Shown one piece after another: positions 1 to 7,930 of a DNA stretch of 28,509 nt. Source of the stretch: a virus (taxonomy: Duplodnaviria; Caudoviricetes). Numbering within the stretch: the stretch's first letter is position 1; every line of letters starts with the position of its first letter. The stretch covers positions 1 through 28,509 of the IMG/VR virus record IMGVR_UViG_3300045771_000051. One strand, given 5' to 3'. The position numbers were made by a program, and so were the translations under genes. Under the pieces are notes generated by a model. That model saw only the letters and a program-made list of their open reading frames with translations. It searched no databases and was not told the origin of the DNA.

Positions 1-248
1 ATTTGGTAATTGGCATCGATCAGGATGGGCAGCACCCGCTCGATCACATTGATGAAGGTATTGCCTGCCTGGGTGCAAAACGACACCGTGCCGTCCCAGC
101 GGCCCAATTTGTACTGCGGCATATGCCGGGCCTCAGGCACATGGAACTTCAGCGCCTCGCACATCAGCGCTTTCGTTGCATCATCGACTCCCTCAAATCG
201 GCAGTTCACAAAATCTTTTACAACAAGGGTAGCGGTCCGTAATGGCAT
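1..248 (-). CDS. uvsW: UvsW-like SF2 DNA helicase, N-terminal part (runs off the window start)
   Basis: Own translation from ATG at 248: MPLRTATLVVKDFVNCRFEG...ALKFHVPEARHMPQYKLGRWDGTVSFC... The 'F.VP.A..MP.YKLGRWDG...F' signature matches the N-terminal domain of T4-type UvsW. Not in the ORF track because there is no stop in the window. Confidence 0.8.
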   Translation of the reverse strand, partial: MPLRTATLVVKDFVNCRFEGVDDATKALMCEALKFHVPEARHMPQYKLGRWDGTVSFCTQAGNTFINVIERVLPILIDANYQ

Positions 249-342
249 CGATAGCTCACTAAAATAGATGTTCACTGATGCAGGGCCGTAATAATCGATC
301 AAACTGATCGTCAGCTTCACATAGGCGCAAAAACCTCAAATA

Positions 343-1020
343 TTATAGACGATTTAGCGGCACCAAAACGTTGTGGAAGAGGCCTTCTTGCAGCGGGCAG
401 AGACTGTTCGCCAGGGGCGGCATTTGCGGGAACAGCAGATCGGCCCATGGCACCCAGTACTGTGCCCAACTCGGGTGATCGTTTGGCGTGGCGCCCTCAT
501 CGATACGCACATAAATCAGACTCGCCGGATACAGACGCAGCACATTGGCGATCTGATAGCCTGCATTCGAGGCATGGGTGTTGACATCGACGAGCAAGAT
601 GCCATCGCGCAGGGTTGCAGCGGCCTGCAACAGCGGCTCAGGTTGCGCGAAATAGCTCACCCGGTCCGTCATGAACAGCGATTTAACCACGGGTTTCCAG
701 GTCAGCCGACTATTGGTTAGGATCAGCACACGCTTGCTTGGTTCCAGGCGGGTAGCATTGAGTATGCTGGTCATATCCATCGCCCGCAGAAACCGCCGCA
801 CCACGACGCAGCGAAACCCACAATCGGCGATGAACTGGGTGCCGAGGCAGCGGGCCTCAGTAGCCGGGCAAAGGATCGGATCGAACAACGTCTCGGGGAC
901 CATCTGTTGCTGGGCCAAGGCGCGGATCGACTCGCTGAGATCGAGTTTGCAGACCCCCGCCAGGATCACCAACCGGCGCGCTGTGGCTGGGGTAGCGAGC
1001 AGGCCGAACTGCTGGTTCAA
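343..1020 (-). CDS. hypothetical protein (225 aa)
   Basis: Long ORF overlapping the upstream gene by 4 nt (1017-1020), co-oriented with the uvsW-like gene. No motif recognised. Confidence 0.6.
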   Translation of the reverse strand: MNQQFGLLATPATARRLVILAGVCKLDLSESIRALAQQQMVPETLFDPILCPATEARCLGTQFIADCGFRCVVVRRFLRAMDMTSILNATRLEPSKRVLILTNSRLTWKPVVKSLFMTDRVSYFAQPEPLLQAAATLRDGILLVDVNTHASNAGYQIANVLRLYPASLIYVRIDEGATPNDHPSWAQYWVPWADLLFPQMPPLANSLCPLQEGLFHNVLVPLNRL

Positions 1021-1688
1021 AGCTCAACGCCAGCGGCTGTTTCCAGCATCCAGGAGGCCAGCCATGGGTTATCCCGCACGATGACCTGGATGATCTCGCC
1101 ATCCGGCGTCAGAGCGGCACTAGACGGCTGATCGCGGCTTTGCTCGGCCAGGGCCAGATAATCGAGCGTGGCCTGATCGGCATGGAAGTGTTGATTCGCG
1201 ATCAGCAGCCGAATGGGATAAAGGGTCAGACGATCGACACAGACGATCCACAAACCGTATTGGCGATTGAAGCAGGGTCGCTCGGCCGGTGTGCGGGCAC
1301 TCGGTTGCATTTGCTTGATGGTCTCGCGCACAATGTCATCCGGGAAGAACCGGAATGCCAAGCGATTGCTGCCCAGGTGACGCACCTCGCGCGGCACCAT
1401 CTGGCGGAGGTACGGCATCAGCCGGTAAACCGGATCAGCCAGCAATCCATCCAGCACGTGCGGCTCGATCGTGTCGATTAGCTGGACGCGATACTGCCGC
1501 GCGAGATCGAGCAAAACTTTGACTTGTTTGACCGAAAGCGGGCGGCCCGCGCGCACCCGGTCACTGACGTTGTGAATAAAATCGAGATGCCAAGGCGACC
1601 ATTTGACAGCCAAATTGGCAAACAGGAAAACCAAATCTTCCACATACATGGTGTGATTTAGCCCTGGCTGGTCGGCAAATTCAATCAA
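1017..1688 (-). CDS. hypothetical phage protein (223 aa; start may be the internal Met of MYVEDL)
   Basis: Long ORF coupled to the next gene. No catalytic motif recognised. Confidence 0.7.
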   Translation of the reverse strand: MIEFADQPGLNHTMYVEDLVFLFANLAVKWSPWHLDFIHNVSDRVRAGRPLSVKQVKVLLDLARQYRVQLIDTIEPHVLDGLLADPVYRLMPYLRQMVPREVRHLGSNRLAFRFFPDDIVRETIKQMQPSARTPAERPCFNRQYGLWIVCVDRLTLYPIRLLIANQHFHADQATLDYLALAEQSRDQPSSAALTPDGEIIQVIVRDNPWLASWMLETAAGVEL

Positions 1689-1698
1689 AAAAGCACCG

Positions 1699-1728
1699 TT
1701 GACTGACCCACCCGTGGTTCAGTATAAG
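1699..1728 (+). promoter_or_regulatory. candidate sigma70-type promoter TTGACT-N18-TATAAG
   Basis: Near-consensus boxes 30 nt upstream of the ORF at 1758. The spacer holds an imperfect palindrome (actgaccca...tggttcagt). Confidence 0.45.
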
Positions 1729-1757
1729 CGCGGCGCACTAAACGGATTGTCTTTGCC

Positions 1758-2072
1758 ATGCTACAACGTGAGTGGAATACCTATAGTCCAGTTAAACAGC
1801 GGTGGATGATTTATCGGCTTATCAAGAACTTTCCAGACGGGATCAGCAGACCAAATATCAAAGAACGCGCCCAAATCGACTACGGTGCCACTCTTGGCAA
1901 GCGATCGCTCGACAAAATGTTACACCACCTGACCCGCCAGGAGGCGATTCGGTGGTCTTTTCGCGATGGTGCGGTGCTTTGGGAGATCACCGGCAATGTC
2001 GAGGCTTATAGCAAGACCGCGTCTCCCGTCAGCGGCGTTCGTCGATTGGCGGCTCACACTATGGGTCAATAG
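1758..2072 (+). CDS. small basic protein, possible winged-helix DNA-binding fold
   Basis: 104 aa. Pattern 'IYRLIKNFPDGISRPNIKE...LDKMLHHLTRQEAIRW' resembles a wHTH. Promoter candidate upstream. Confidence 0.5.
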   Translation: MLQREWNTYSPVKQRWMIYRLIKNFPDGISRPNIKERAQIDYGATLGKRSLDKMLHHLTRQEAIRWSFRDGAVLWEITGNVEAYSKTASPVSGVRRLAAHTMGQ

Positions 2073-2080
2073 CCAACCAC

Positions 2081-3634
2081 TCAGTTGCGCAGGCGCGATT
2101 CAATCACAGGGGCCATCGCGGCATCCTGTTCGATCAGTACGCAATCGAAGTTCTTATTTCGAGCGGCTACCCCCGTTGTGCCGGTGCCCGCGAAGGGATC
2201 GAGAATGCGGCCACCACCAGGGCAGATCAAAACGCAGAGGTCTTCCATCAGCGGCACCGGCTTGACACTGGGGTGGTTGGATTCGTGATCGGACTTCTGC
2301 GCCTTGCGATGGTTGAATAGCGTGCTTGGCCACCGACCATAGCGATCATGCAAGGCGCCGATGTTGAGCGCGCCGGTACCCCACACGCGTATGTTGTCGA
2401 TCACACGGGTGGTGCTGATAGGCTTTTGTGCCAAGAGGATCGGCTCCAGACAGGGCCGGAGGGTGTTGACGCCATAGTAGTAGCCCTGCCAATCCTGTGC
2501 CTCTGGCGAGACGTTGCGGGCGTGCATGGCGAAATCGACATGGGAACGCTGTTGGGCACCGTGATCGACATTGGCGCGCGTGAACCCCGAGCCGCGCCGG
2601 ATGCCGATGACCTCACGCTCGGACACATTGTCCCGGTCGAACAATTCAGAGAGGTTGGTCGGTTTTGGCAACCCTTGCTTGAATTGCCAACCCAAAAACG
2701 GGTAAAGATTGAATCCGGCTTTCTCGCACGCAGCGGCGGCATGATGGTAGAGCCTGGGTGCCGCGAAAAACGCGACATAGCCACCGGGTTTGAGTACGCG
2801 GAAGAAGCGGTCCCACAATTCGGACGAAAAACTGATATCGGTGCTGTCCCACGCATAGCCGTGCAAGGCGATCGAATAGGGCGGGTCGGTCACGATGGCG
2901 TCATAGACATTGTCCTCTTGTTCGATAAGTTCAAGACAATGACCAATCCTGATCTCGATCGCCGCTGGCGGGGCGGTCTCGATTGGTGGTTTTTCGATTT
3001 GGCGGGTCAGTTTGCCACCCAGCCACCCGGCCATCCCACGAAACCAGCATTTCGGAGCCGGGTCCTTGGCTTTTAGCTCGTCTAGTTCTTCCTTGGCAAT
3101 GTCCAACTCGACGGTCAGATTGACCGACTTTTGACGTTCCAGGCGATTCTGCAATTCCAGCGTCTCGACACGCTCGGTGAGCGCGGCCACGTCGGTCGGC
3201 AATGGTGGCCGACCCAGCGGCGGGGGCGGGGGTTCATACCGCTCAGTGGGTCCCATTTTGCCGGTAATCCCGGCCATGCGAAGACAGCGTCGATACCCCG
3301 GCACGATGAACGGCACACCACGCTTGCGACAGGCATCCTCGCGATCTTCGAGCATTTGTTCGACCCGAGGCCAAAACACCCAGAGCTTCATGTGGCGGCG
3401 GGCGTCGGAATAATCCAAATCCAGCACCTGACGGAACAGTTCTGTTTGCTCAGATGCGGTGAGCAGAAGCTTGCTGGCCGCCACCAACAAGCCGCCCCAT
3501 TCCCGTCGCGCCACCAACACCGCCAGTGATCCGCGCTTCAACAAATTGAGGGGGACGCCCTTTAATGTTTCGATGATTTTATCAAGCGGCCAACCATCGT
3601 AGTAACCGGTGTTGTATTCGGCAAAATCATTCAT
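2081..3634 (-). CDS. N6A/N4C DNA methyltransferase (beta-class motif order) with long N-terminal helical/coiled-coil extension
   Basis: Motif IV TDPPY precedes HPSVKP and motif I DPFAGTGTT...LIEQD. ORF is open to 3748; start at MNDFAE (3634) is inferred. Confidence 0.88.
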   Translation of the reverse strand: MNDFAEYNTGYYDGWPLDKIIETLKGVPLNLLKRGSLAVLVARREWGGLLVAASKLLLTASEQTELFRQVLDLDYSDARRHMKLWVFWPRVEQMLEDREDACRKRGVPFIVPGYRRCLRMAGITGKMGPTERYEPPPPPLGRPPLPTDVAALTERVETLELQNRLERQKSVNLTVELDIAKEELDELKAKDPAPKCWFRGMAGWLGGKLTRQIEKPPIETAPPAAIEIRIGHCLELIEQEDNVYDAIVTDPPYSIALHGYAWDSTDISFSSELWDRFFRVLKPGGYVAFFAAPRLYHHAAAACEKAGFNLYPFLGWQFKQGLPKPTNLSELFDRDNVSEREVIGIRRGSGFTRANVDHGAQQRSHVDFAMHARNVSPEAQDWQGYYYGVNTLRPCLEPILLAQKPISTTRVIDNIRVWGTGALNIGALHDRYGRWPSTLFNHRKAQKSDHESNHPSVKPVPLMEDLCVLICPGGGRILDPFAGTGTTGVAARNKNFDCVLIEQDAAMAPVIESRLRN

Positions 3635-3748
3635 CTGGCGCACCCACTCGGGCATATGCCCGATTTTGTGACAAAGCAGAACGAAACGCCCGAGCGATCG
3701 GACACGACCGATGAGAGATTTCACCGGTCGGGCCGATCGAACGCGCAT

Positions 3749-4615
3749 CTAAGACGTCTGTGAGCGTAACGGAATTTCCTTTTTCGCCCGCAGCACGTTG
3801 AGTTTGCTCTTGATGCTATTATCGTTGATCTCGAACTTGAAGCGCTCGGAGCATTTGTGCGCCAGTTCCTCATCCGTTTGGGTTGGATCGAGCTTGTAGG
3901 TGTCGCGCAAAAACGCGACATGTTCGGGGGTCCATTTCAACCGAACCTTGGTGATCGATGTCAAGCTGCGCAGTTGATCGACTGCCCAGGCGGGATAGCG
4001 ATTCTGCCGCCGCCAGACCTGCACCGTGGTTCCGGTGATCACCGGAATATTCGGGTCCTTCTCCCGCAACATGGCATTATAGGCCGCCAATGATTTCAGG
4101 GCGCCGTTCATTTTACCGAACCGCATCCAAATAATACTCATGACTTCGCTATAGCTGTAGCTGTCTTTGCCCAATGGGGGGGCCGCCGGGACCGCAGTGG
4201 CGGCGTCGATCCGCGCCTGATGCTCGATGCGCATGGCTTCGATCTGGACATGCAACTTGGCGACCACAGCATCCTTTTCCAGCAGCAACTTGCTCTGTTT
4301 GATCAACAATGCCTCTTTTTGCCGAAGCGTCGCATGGCATCGTTTGTTTTCCGCCACCAGTCCGGCCCGCTCGTTGACCGCTTTATCGTAATCCTGGCGC
4401 AACCGGACGAAATCTTCCGGCTGGAAATCCTCGTCCTCTTTGTCGTCGCTGGCGCGCAACACTTCGGACGGTGTCTGTCTGAGTGTATCGACGATGCGCC
4501 GAATCCCGTTGATCGATTGCACCACATCGAGGTCGGAGGTGCTTTGATGCGCCGCCCGATCCAAGATGCAAATAATCCTATCAGCGTCTCGATTCGCACC
4601 TCCGCGTGTGGACAT
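3749..4615 (-). CDS. coiled-coil protein with C-terminal HTH/Myb-like region
   Basis: RBS GGGAGA before ATG 4615 (MSTRGG). Heptad-rich middle; C-terminal 'LKWTPEHVAFLRD...ELAHKCSERF....SIKSKL'. Confidence 0.65.
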   Translation of the reverse strand: MSTRGGANRDADRIICILDRAAHQSTSDLDVVQSINGIRRIVDTLRQTPSEVLRASDDKEDEDFQPEDFVRLRQDYDKAVNERAGLVAENKRCHATLRQKEALLIKQSKLLLEKDAVVAKLHVQIEAMRIEHQARIDAATAVPAAPPLGKDSYSYSEVMSIIWMRFGKMNGALKSLAAYNAMLREKDPNIPVITGTTVQVWRRQNRYPAWAVDQLRSLTSITKVRLKWTPEHVAFLRDTYKLDPTQTDEELAHKCSERFKFEINDNSIKSKLNVLRAKKEIPLRSQTS

Positions 4616-4679
4616 TTGATGTCTCCCTTTTGGAAATCGAAGAGTGCCGCCTTCGGCACCCTCCCCGTGTAAAGATGCG

Positions 4680-5225
4680 TCAGACTGTGACGCGGGCCTG
4701 TGGCGTCGATGTGCCGGTACGCTTTCCCTCCCGCCCAAATTTGCTCGCCAGCCGATCAAAAGCGACCATCGCTTCCTCGGCCTGCAAGCCCAAGTCAATG
4801 ACCCGACGAATGACATCCTGCTTGACCCGTGTCCGGCGCCGAGGCGACAGAGGACGGCCGATAAATTTGGTGATCTGCACCAACTCATCAATCTCCCTGG
4901 CGACATAAGGGTGTTTCACACCATGCGCCAACTTCGGCTGCCGTGTGCGCAGGCTGCACCGGACGGGCACCAGCTTCGGATGGGTGACTTCAAAGAACCA
5001 ATCCGGTTTTGTACCGCGTGGGCTGATCGCAATCAACCCCTGACACGCCATCCGCCACAACAGCGAGTCGGCCGCGATCAGAATATTGATCGTGCTGGTG
5101 GCGACCTCAGTCAGGTCAGAATATTCCGGCACTGTCAAACCCGCCCGCTTGATGATGCAATCGCGGACACGGGTAAAACTGTCCGCCGAAACATGAACCG
5201 ATCGCTGGCCATTGGTGAAAATCAT
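4680..5225 (-). CDS. hypothetical protein
   Basis: ORF fills the gap between co-oriented genes. Start at MIFTNG (5225) is inferred. Confidence 0.5.
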   Translation of the reverse strand: MIFTNGQRSVHVSADSFTRVRDCIIKRAGLTVPEYSDLTEVATSTINILIAADSLLWRMACQGLIAISPRGTKPDWFFEVTHPKLVPVRCSLRTRQPKLAHGVKHPYVAREIDELVQITKFIGRPLSPRRRTRVKQDVIRRVIDLGLQAEEAMVAFDRLASKFGREGKRTGTSTPQARVTV

Positions 5226-5342
5226 AACTCGACCTTTTTGTCTGCGTAAAAAGTACTCGCTGATCCAAGCCAAAAACGTCCGGTTCGATCAGTGATGCCA
5301 TAATCAATACTTGCCATCCGTAAAACTATTACTCAGTAACCA

Positions 5343-5600
5343 TCAACCGTGACCGATGACCTCCAGAATCTCCTCGATCAAGTCCATCTGTTCCTTCTGA
5401 TCGGCCAAGGTGTCCTTGAAGGCGGTGCGCAAACAGGCCGACAACACCTTCGGCTTGATCGAAAATTCCTCGGCCAAAGCCTTGGTGCTGTCCTTTAGAC
5501 GCTCCTTCAGGTCTTCCATCTCCTGCAAAATCGCCACACCCTGTTCCTTGAACACCTCAAATTTTTTCCGGTCATCAGGTGAGATTGATTCTAACTGCAT
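5343..5600 (-). CDS. small helical dsDNA-binding protein (T4 DsbA / GapR-like)
   Basis: 85 aa 'EGVAILQEMEDLKERLKDSTKALAEEFSIKPKVL' pattern of phage DsbA/GapR-like proteins. RBS GGAGA before ATG 5600. Confidence 0.7.
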   Translation of the reverse strand: MQLESISPDDRKKFEVFKEQGVAILQEMEDLKERLKDSTKALAEEFSIKPKVLSACLRTAFKDTLADQKEQMDLIEEILEVIGHG

Positions 5601-5834
5601 GCGGTAATCTCCGACAGTGTTGTTTGGAAATATACTGCAAGCCGGATGCCTGCAATGGCGTGAGGTGTAGATCAACGCTTGGCGAGCGTCAATCACATTG
5701 CTTCGCTTTTATGGGCATTTTTTATGTCGATACACGTCACAACGCCCATCGACATGATATACCATTACTTAATCTACGATTTGAAACGCTGTCCGTGATG
5801 GGATCATGGATCGACATGAATCGCAAAAATTGTC

Positions 5835-6809
5835 TCACCTACTGGTCGAAATCTTCCGCCATGCGCCGGATTTGGCCGAGCCATCATAGCCCGCCGCCGC
5901 GCGTTTCAGGAACATCGCCAGATAGCCATCGTTCGCCATCTGCCGCTGGATCGTGGCCAGATCAGTGATGGTGCCGCTAAAATCGAGTTTCGGCAAGACT
6001 GCCAGGGGTGGCGCAAAACACCCGGCTTCCTGCATAGCGACGAGAGTCGCATGCCGTTGGCGCTGCGATTGATCGGTGCCGCCAATTTTATACGCGGCAA
6101 ACGGCAAGATGTCGAAAATCGTGTAGCGCCCGTCATGCAAAACCCCATCAAACACCAATGAGCCGGGCAGACGCTCGAATAACGGACGCAGCGCCGCATG
6201 CAAGGCCGGACAGTCACGCGGAGCCTTGGCAGTATGAAAACTAATGGTGCTGGCCGTGTCCAGCACCGCCAAGAGGCGCTCACCCACCATACAACCGTCA
6301 ATCAGATAGGCATCGGCCGGGATCGCCTGGGTCGCTGATGCGGGCTGCGACCGTTGCCAAAAGCGTTGGGGTATCATGAAGCTCGCGACCTCGGGATTAT
6401 CCCCCAATCGCTTGTATATCCGGCTGAACAGGCGCAGATCGAGACCGCTATGCAGAGTTTTCAGCAAGATGCGACGATAAAATTCGTTCCAACAGGCGCC
6501 ATCACAATGTTCAGCCGCCCGATGGATCATCGCACGGGCGATCGCCGCATCATCCAACCGGCCATAGAGTCGAGCGGCCAAGGCTTCAAATGCAGCAAAA
6601 CTGAATGTGCCGCCACTGTCCTCAGTGTCCTCGTAAATCATCGCGACGCGATTCAGCCCGAAGGTGTAAAATGGATCAGCCGATAGCCGCATGCCGATAA
6701 AGAACACATGGCATCCAGCGGTAAACGCTTCCAGCAGCACTTGTTCTTGTTCCAGACGTGATGGGGCCGCGCGAAACCTGCGGAGCACATCAATTGGCTG
6801 CATGGGCAT
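5835..6809 (-). CDS. degenerate ATP-dependent DNA ligase-like protein (T4-ligase-type N-domain plus adenylation fold, catalytic residues lost, no OB domain)
   Basis: N-terminal 'SRLEQEQVL...DPFYTFGL...WNEFYRRILLKTL'. Motif I appears as GCMVGER (no Lys), III as VFDGVL, IIIa YTIFDILP, IV GYLAMFLK, V WRKI. Confidence 0.7.
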   Translation of the reverse strand: MPMQPIDVLRRFRAAPSRLEQEQVLLEAFTAGCHVFFIGMRLSADPFYTFGLNRVAMIYEDTEDSGGTFSFAAFEALAARLYGRLDDAAIARAMIHRAAEHCDGACWNEFYRRILLKTLHSGLDLRLFSRIYKRLGDNPEVASFMIPQRFWQRSQPASATQAIPADAYLIDGCMVGERLLAVLDTASTISFHTAKAPRDCPALHAALRPLFERLPGSLVFDGVLHDGRYTIFDILPFAAYKIGGTDQSQRQRHATLVAMQEAGCFAPPLAVLPKLDFSGTITDLATIQRQMANDGYLAMFLKRAAAGYDGSAKSGAWRKISTSR

Positions 6810-7430
6810 TCAGGCCCGGCCGAGCAGTTGATCTAGATCGGCCCGCGAGATCACCACATAGCCCTGATCGTTGAGGCCGGTGATCAGGGTCTGCGGCAAA
6901 TTCAAGTCAGGGCGCCGGTACTGATCGGGCAATTGTTCCCAGGGACGCAGCAAAGGCGCGGTCTTTTCGGTTTGATCGAACGTCACGCCGTAGCGCCATC
7001 CGGCATCGGTACGCTCGCGCACCCAATCCGTATGTCGTTGCTTGGCCAATGCGGTGCAGAGGGCAAGATGAGTGGCCACATCCAGGGGGATACTGTCGTC
7101 CTCAGCCACGCAGAGCGCGATCTGGTTGGTATCGACGTCAAAATCCAATTTAGCTTCGGCCGCCGCGTAGGCGTGCACGATCTGCTCAATTTCCGAGGCC
7201 ACCAGATCACGACATAATGGGATGAGATAGCCATGCCCGTCCGATAAGGTCTGGTGAATCAGCCGCACGCCATGGCGCGCCGCCTGATCATCAAGCAGAG
7301 CCACGCTCAGGGTCACCCCAGGCCCGGCATGTTCGCTGACGCAGCCAAACCACTGCTTGATCTGAGGCGGCTGGAGAGGCTTGTCAGTGATCAGACGGAC
7401 GTAGCGGTCGATATGGGGGGTTGCGGGCAT
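6810..7430 (-). CDS. RyR-domain protein
   Basis: 'LAKQRHTDWVRERTDAGWRYG..D..EKTAPLLRPWEQLP..YRRPD' is the ryanodine-receptor repeat (RyR) signature common in phage proteins. Confidence 0.82.
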   Translation of the reverse strand: MPATPHIDRYVRLITDKPLQPPQIKQWFGCVSEHAGPGVTLSVALLDDQAARHGVRLIHQTLSDGHGYLIPLCRDLVASEIEQIVHAYAAAEAKLDFDVDTNQIALCVAEDDSIPLDVATHLALCTALAKQRHTDWVRERTDAGWRYGVTFDQTEKTAPLLRPWEQLPDQYRRPDLNLPQTLITGLNDQGYVVISRADLDQLLGRA

Positions 7431-7439
7431 ACAGGCCTC

Positions 7440-7844
7440 TCAGAAGTTCATCAACACGGTGATTAGACCGAGGCAGCCGACCTGCATGGGCGAGGCGAAC
7501 AGCAGCAGATAATCGCGATCGATGATCGCCCGCACCCAGGTGATATTGCCAAGGAAATTAAATCCGATGATCGAGGTATCCCCGCCCGTGATCGTCGGCA
7601 ACGTGTTGACGCCAGGATATTCCAAATAAGCGCGGCCACCGGCCAAGATGGAGAACCAGTCATCGGCCTGCGGGTCGGTCGCCAGACTTGCTTGCAAGCT
7701 CAACCGACCGCGAAAATTAGCCGTCTGCACCGAGAACGTGTGCAACCCATCGTTCGGTCCGAACCAGCCAGCGGCACGCACTGGCAGGCCGGTCAACGAC
7801 AGAGTCTCATTCGGCAGGGAGATCAGGGAAGTGCTGCGCAACAT
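7440..7844 (-). CDS. late-expressed, probable virion-associated protein (134 aa, beta-rich)
   Basis: 'GWFGPNDGLHT..V....F.G...LQASLA.DP...DWF...FLGNITWVRA'. TAAATA box 4 nt before ATG. Confidence 0.7.
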   Translation of the reverse strand: MLRSTSLISLPNETLSLTGLPVRAAGWFGPNDGLHTFSVQTANFRGRLSLQASLATDPQADDWFSILAGGRAYLEYPGVNTLPTITGGDTSIIGFNFLGNITWVRAIIDRDYLLLFASPMQVGCLGLITVLMNF

Positions 7845-7848
7845 GGTC

Positions 7849-7854
7849 TATTTA
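7849..7854 (-). promoter_or_regulatory. T4-type late promoter box TAAATA
   Basis: TAAATA-gacc-ATG(7844), just downstream of a terminator. Confidence 0.65.
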
Positions 7855-7870
7855 ACCGCGTCCGCCCGAC

Positions 7871-7904
7871 ACAAAAAAGCCCCCGTTTACGGGGGCTTTT
7901 TTGT
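7871..7904. terminator. bidirectional Rho-independent terminator
   Basis: acaaaaaagcccccgt-tt-acgggggcttttttgt: GC stem flanked by A6/T6 tracts. Confidence 0.9.
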
Positions 7905-7930
7905 CGTAGACTTCGCCGATTAGAGCAAGT

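Noticed and set aside
3-267. Plus-strand ORFs 3..242 and 10..267
   Set aside because: Antisense shadows of the uvsW-like gene on the minus strand.
3635-4906. ORF-track starts at 3748 and 4906
   Set aside because: The 4906 extension overlaps the 4680 gene and ignores the clear RBS at 4615. The 3748 extension has no RBS, though it abuts the upstream stop and cannot be fully excluded.
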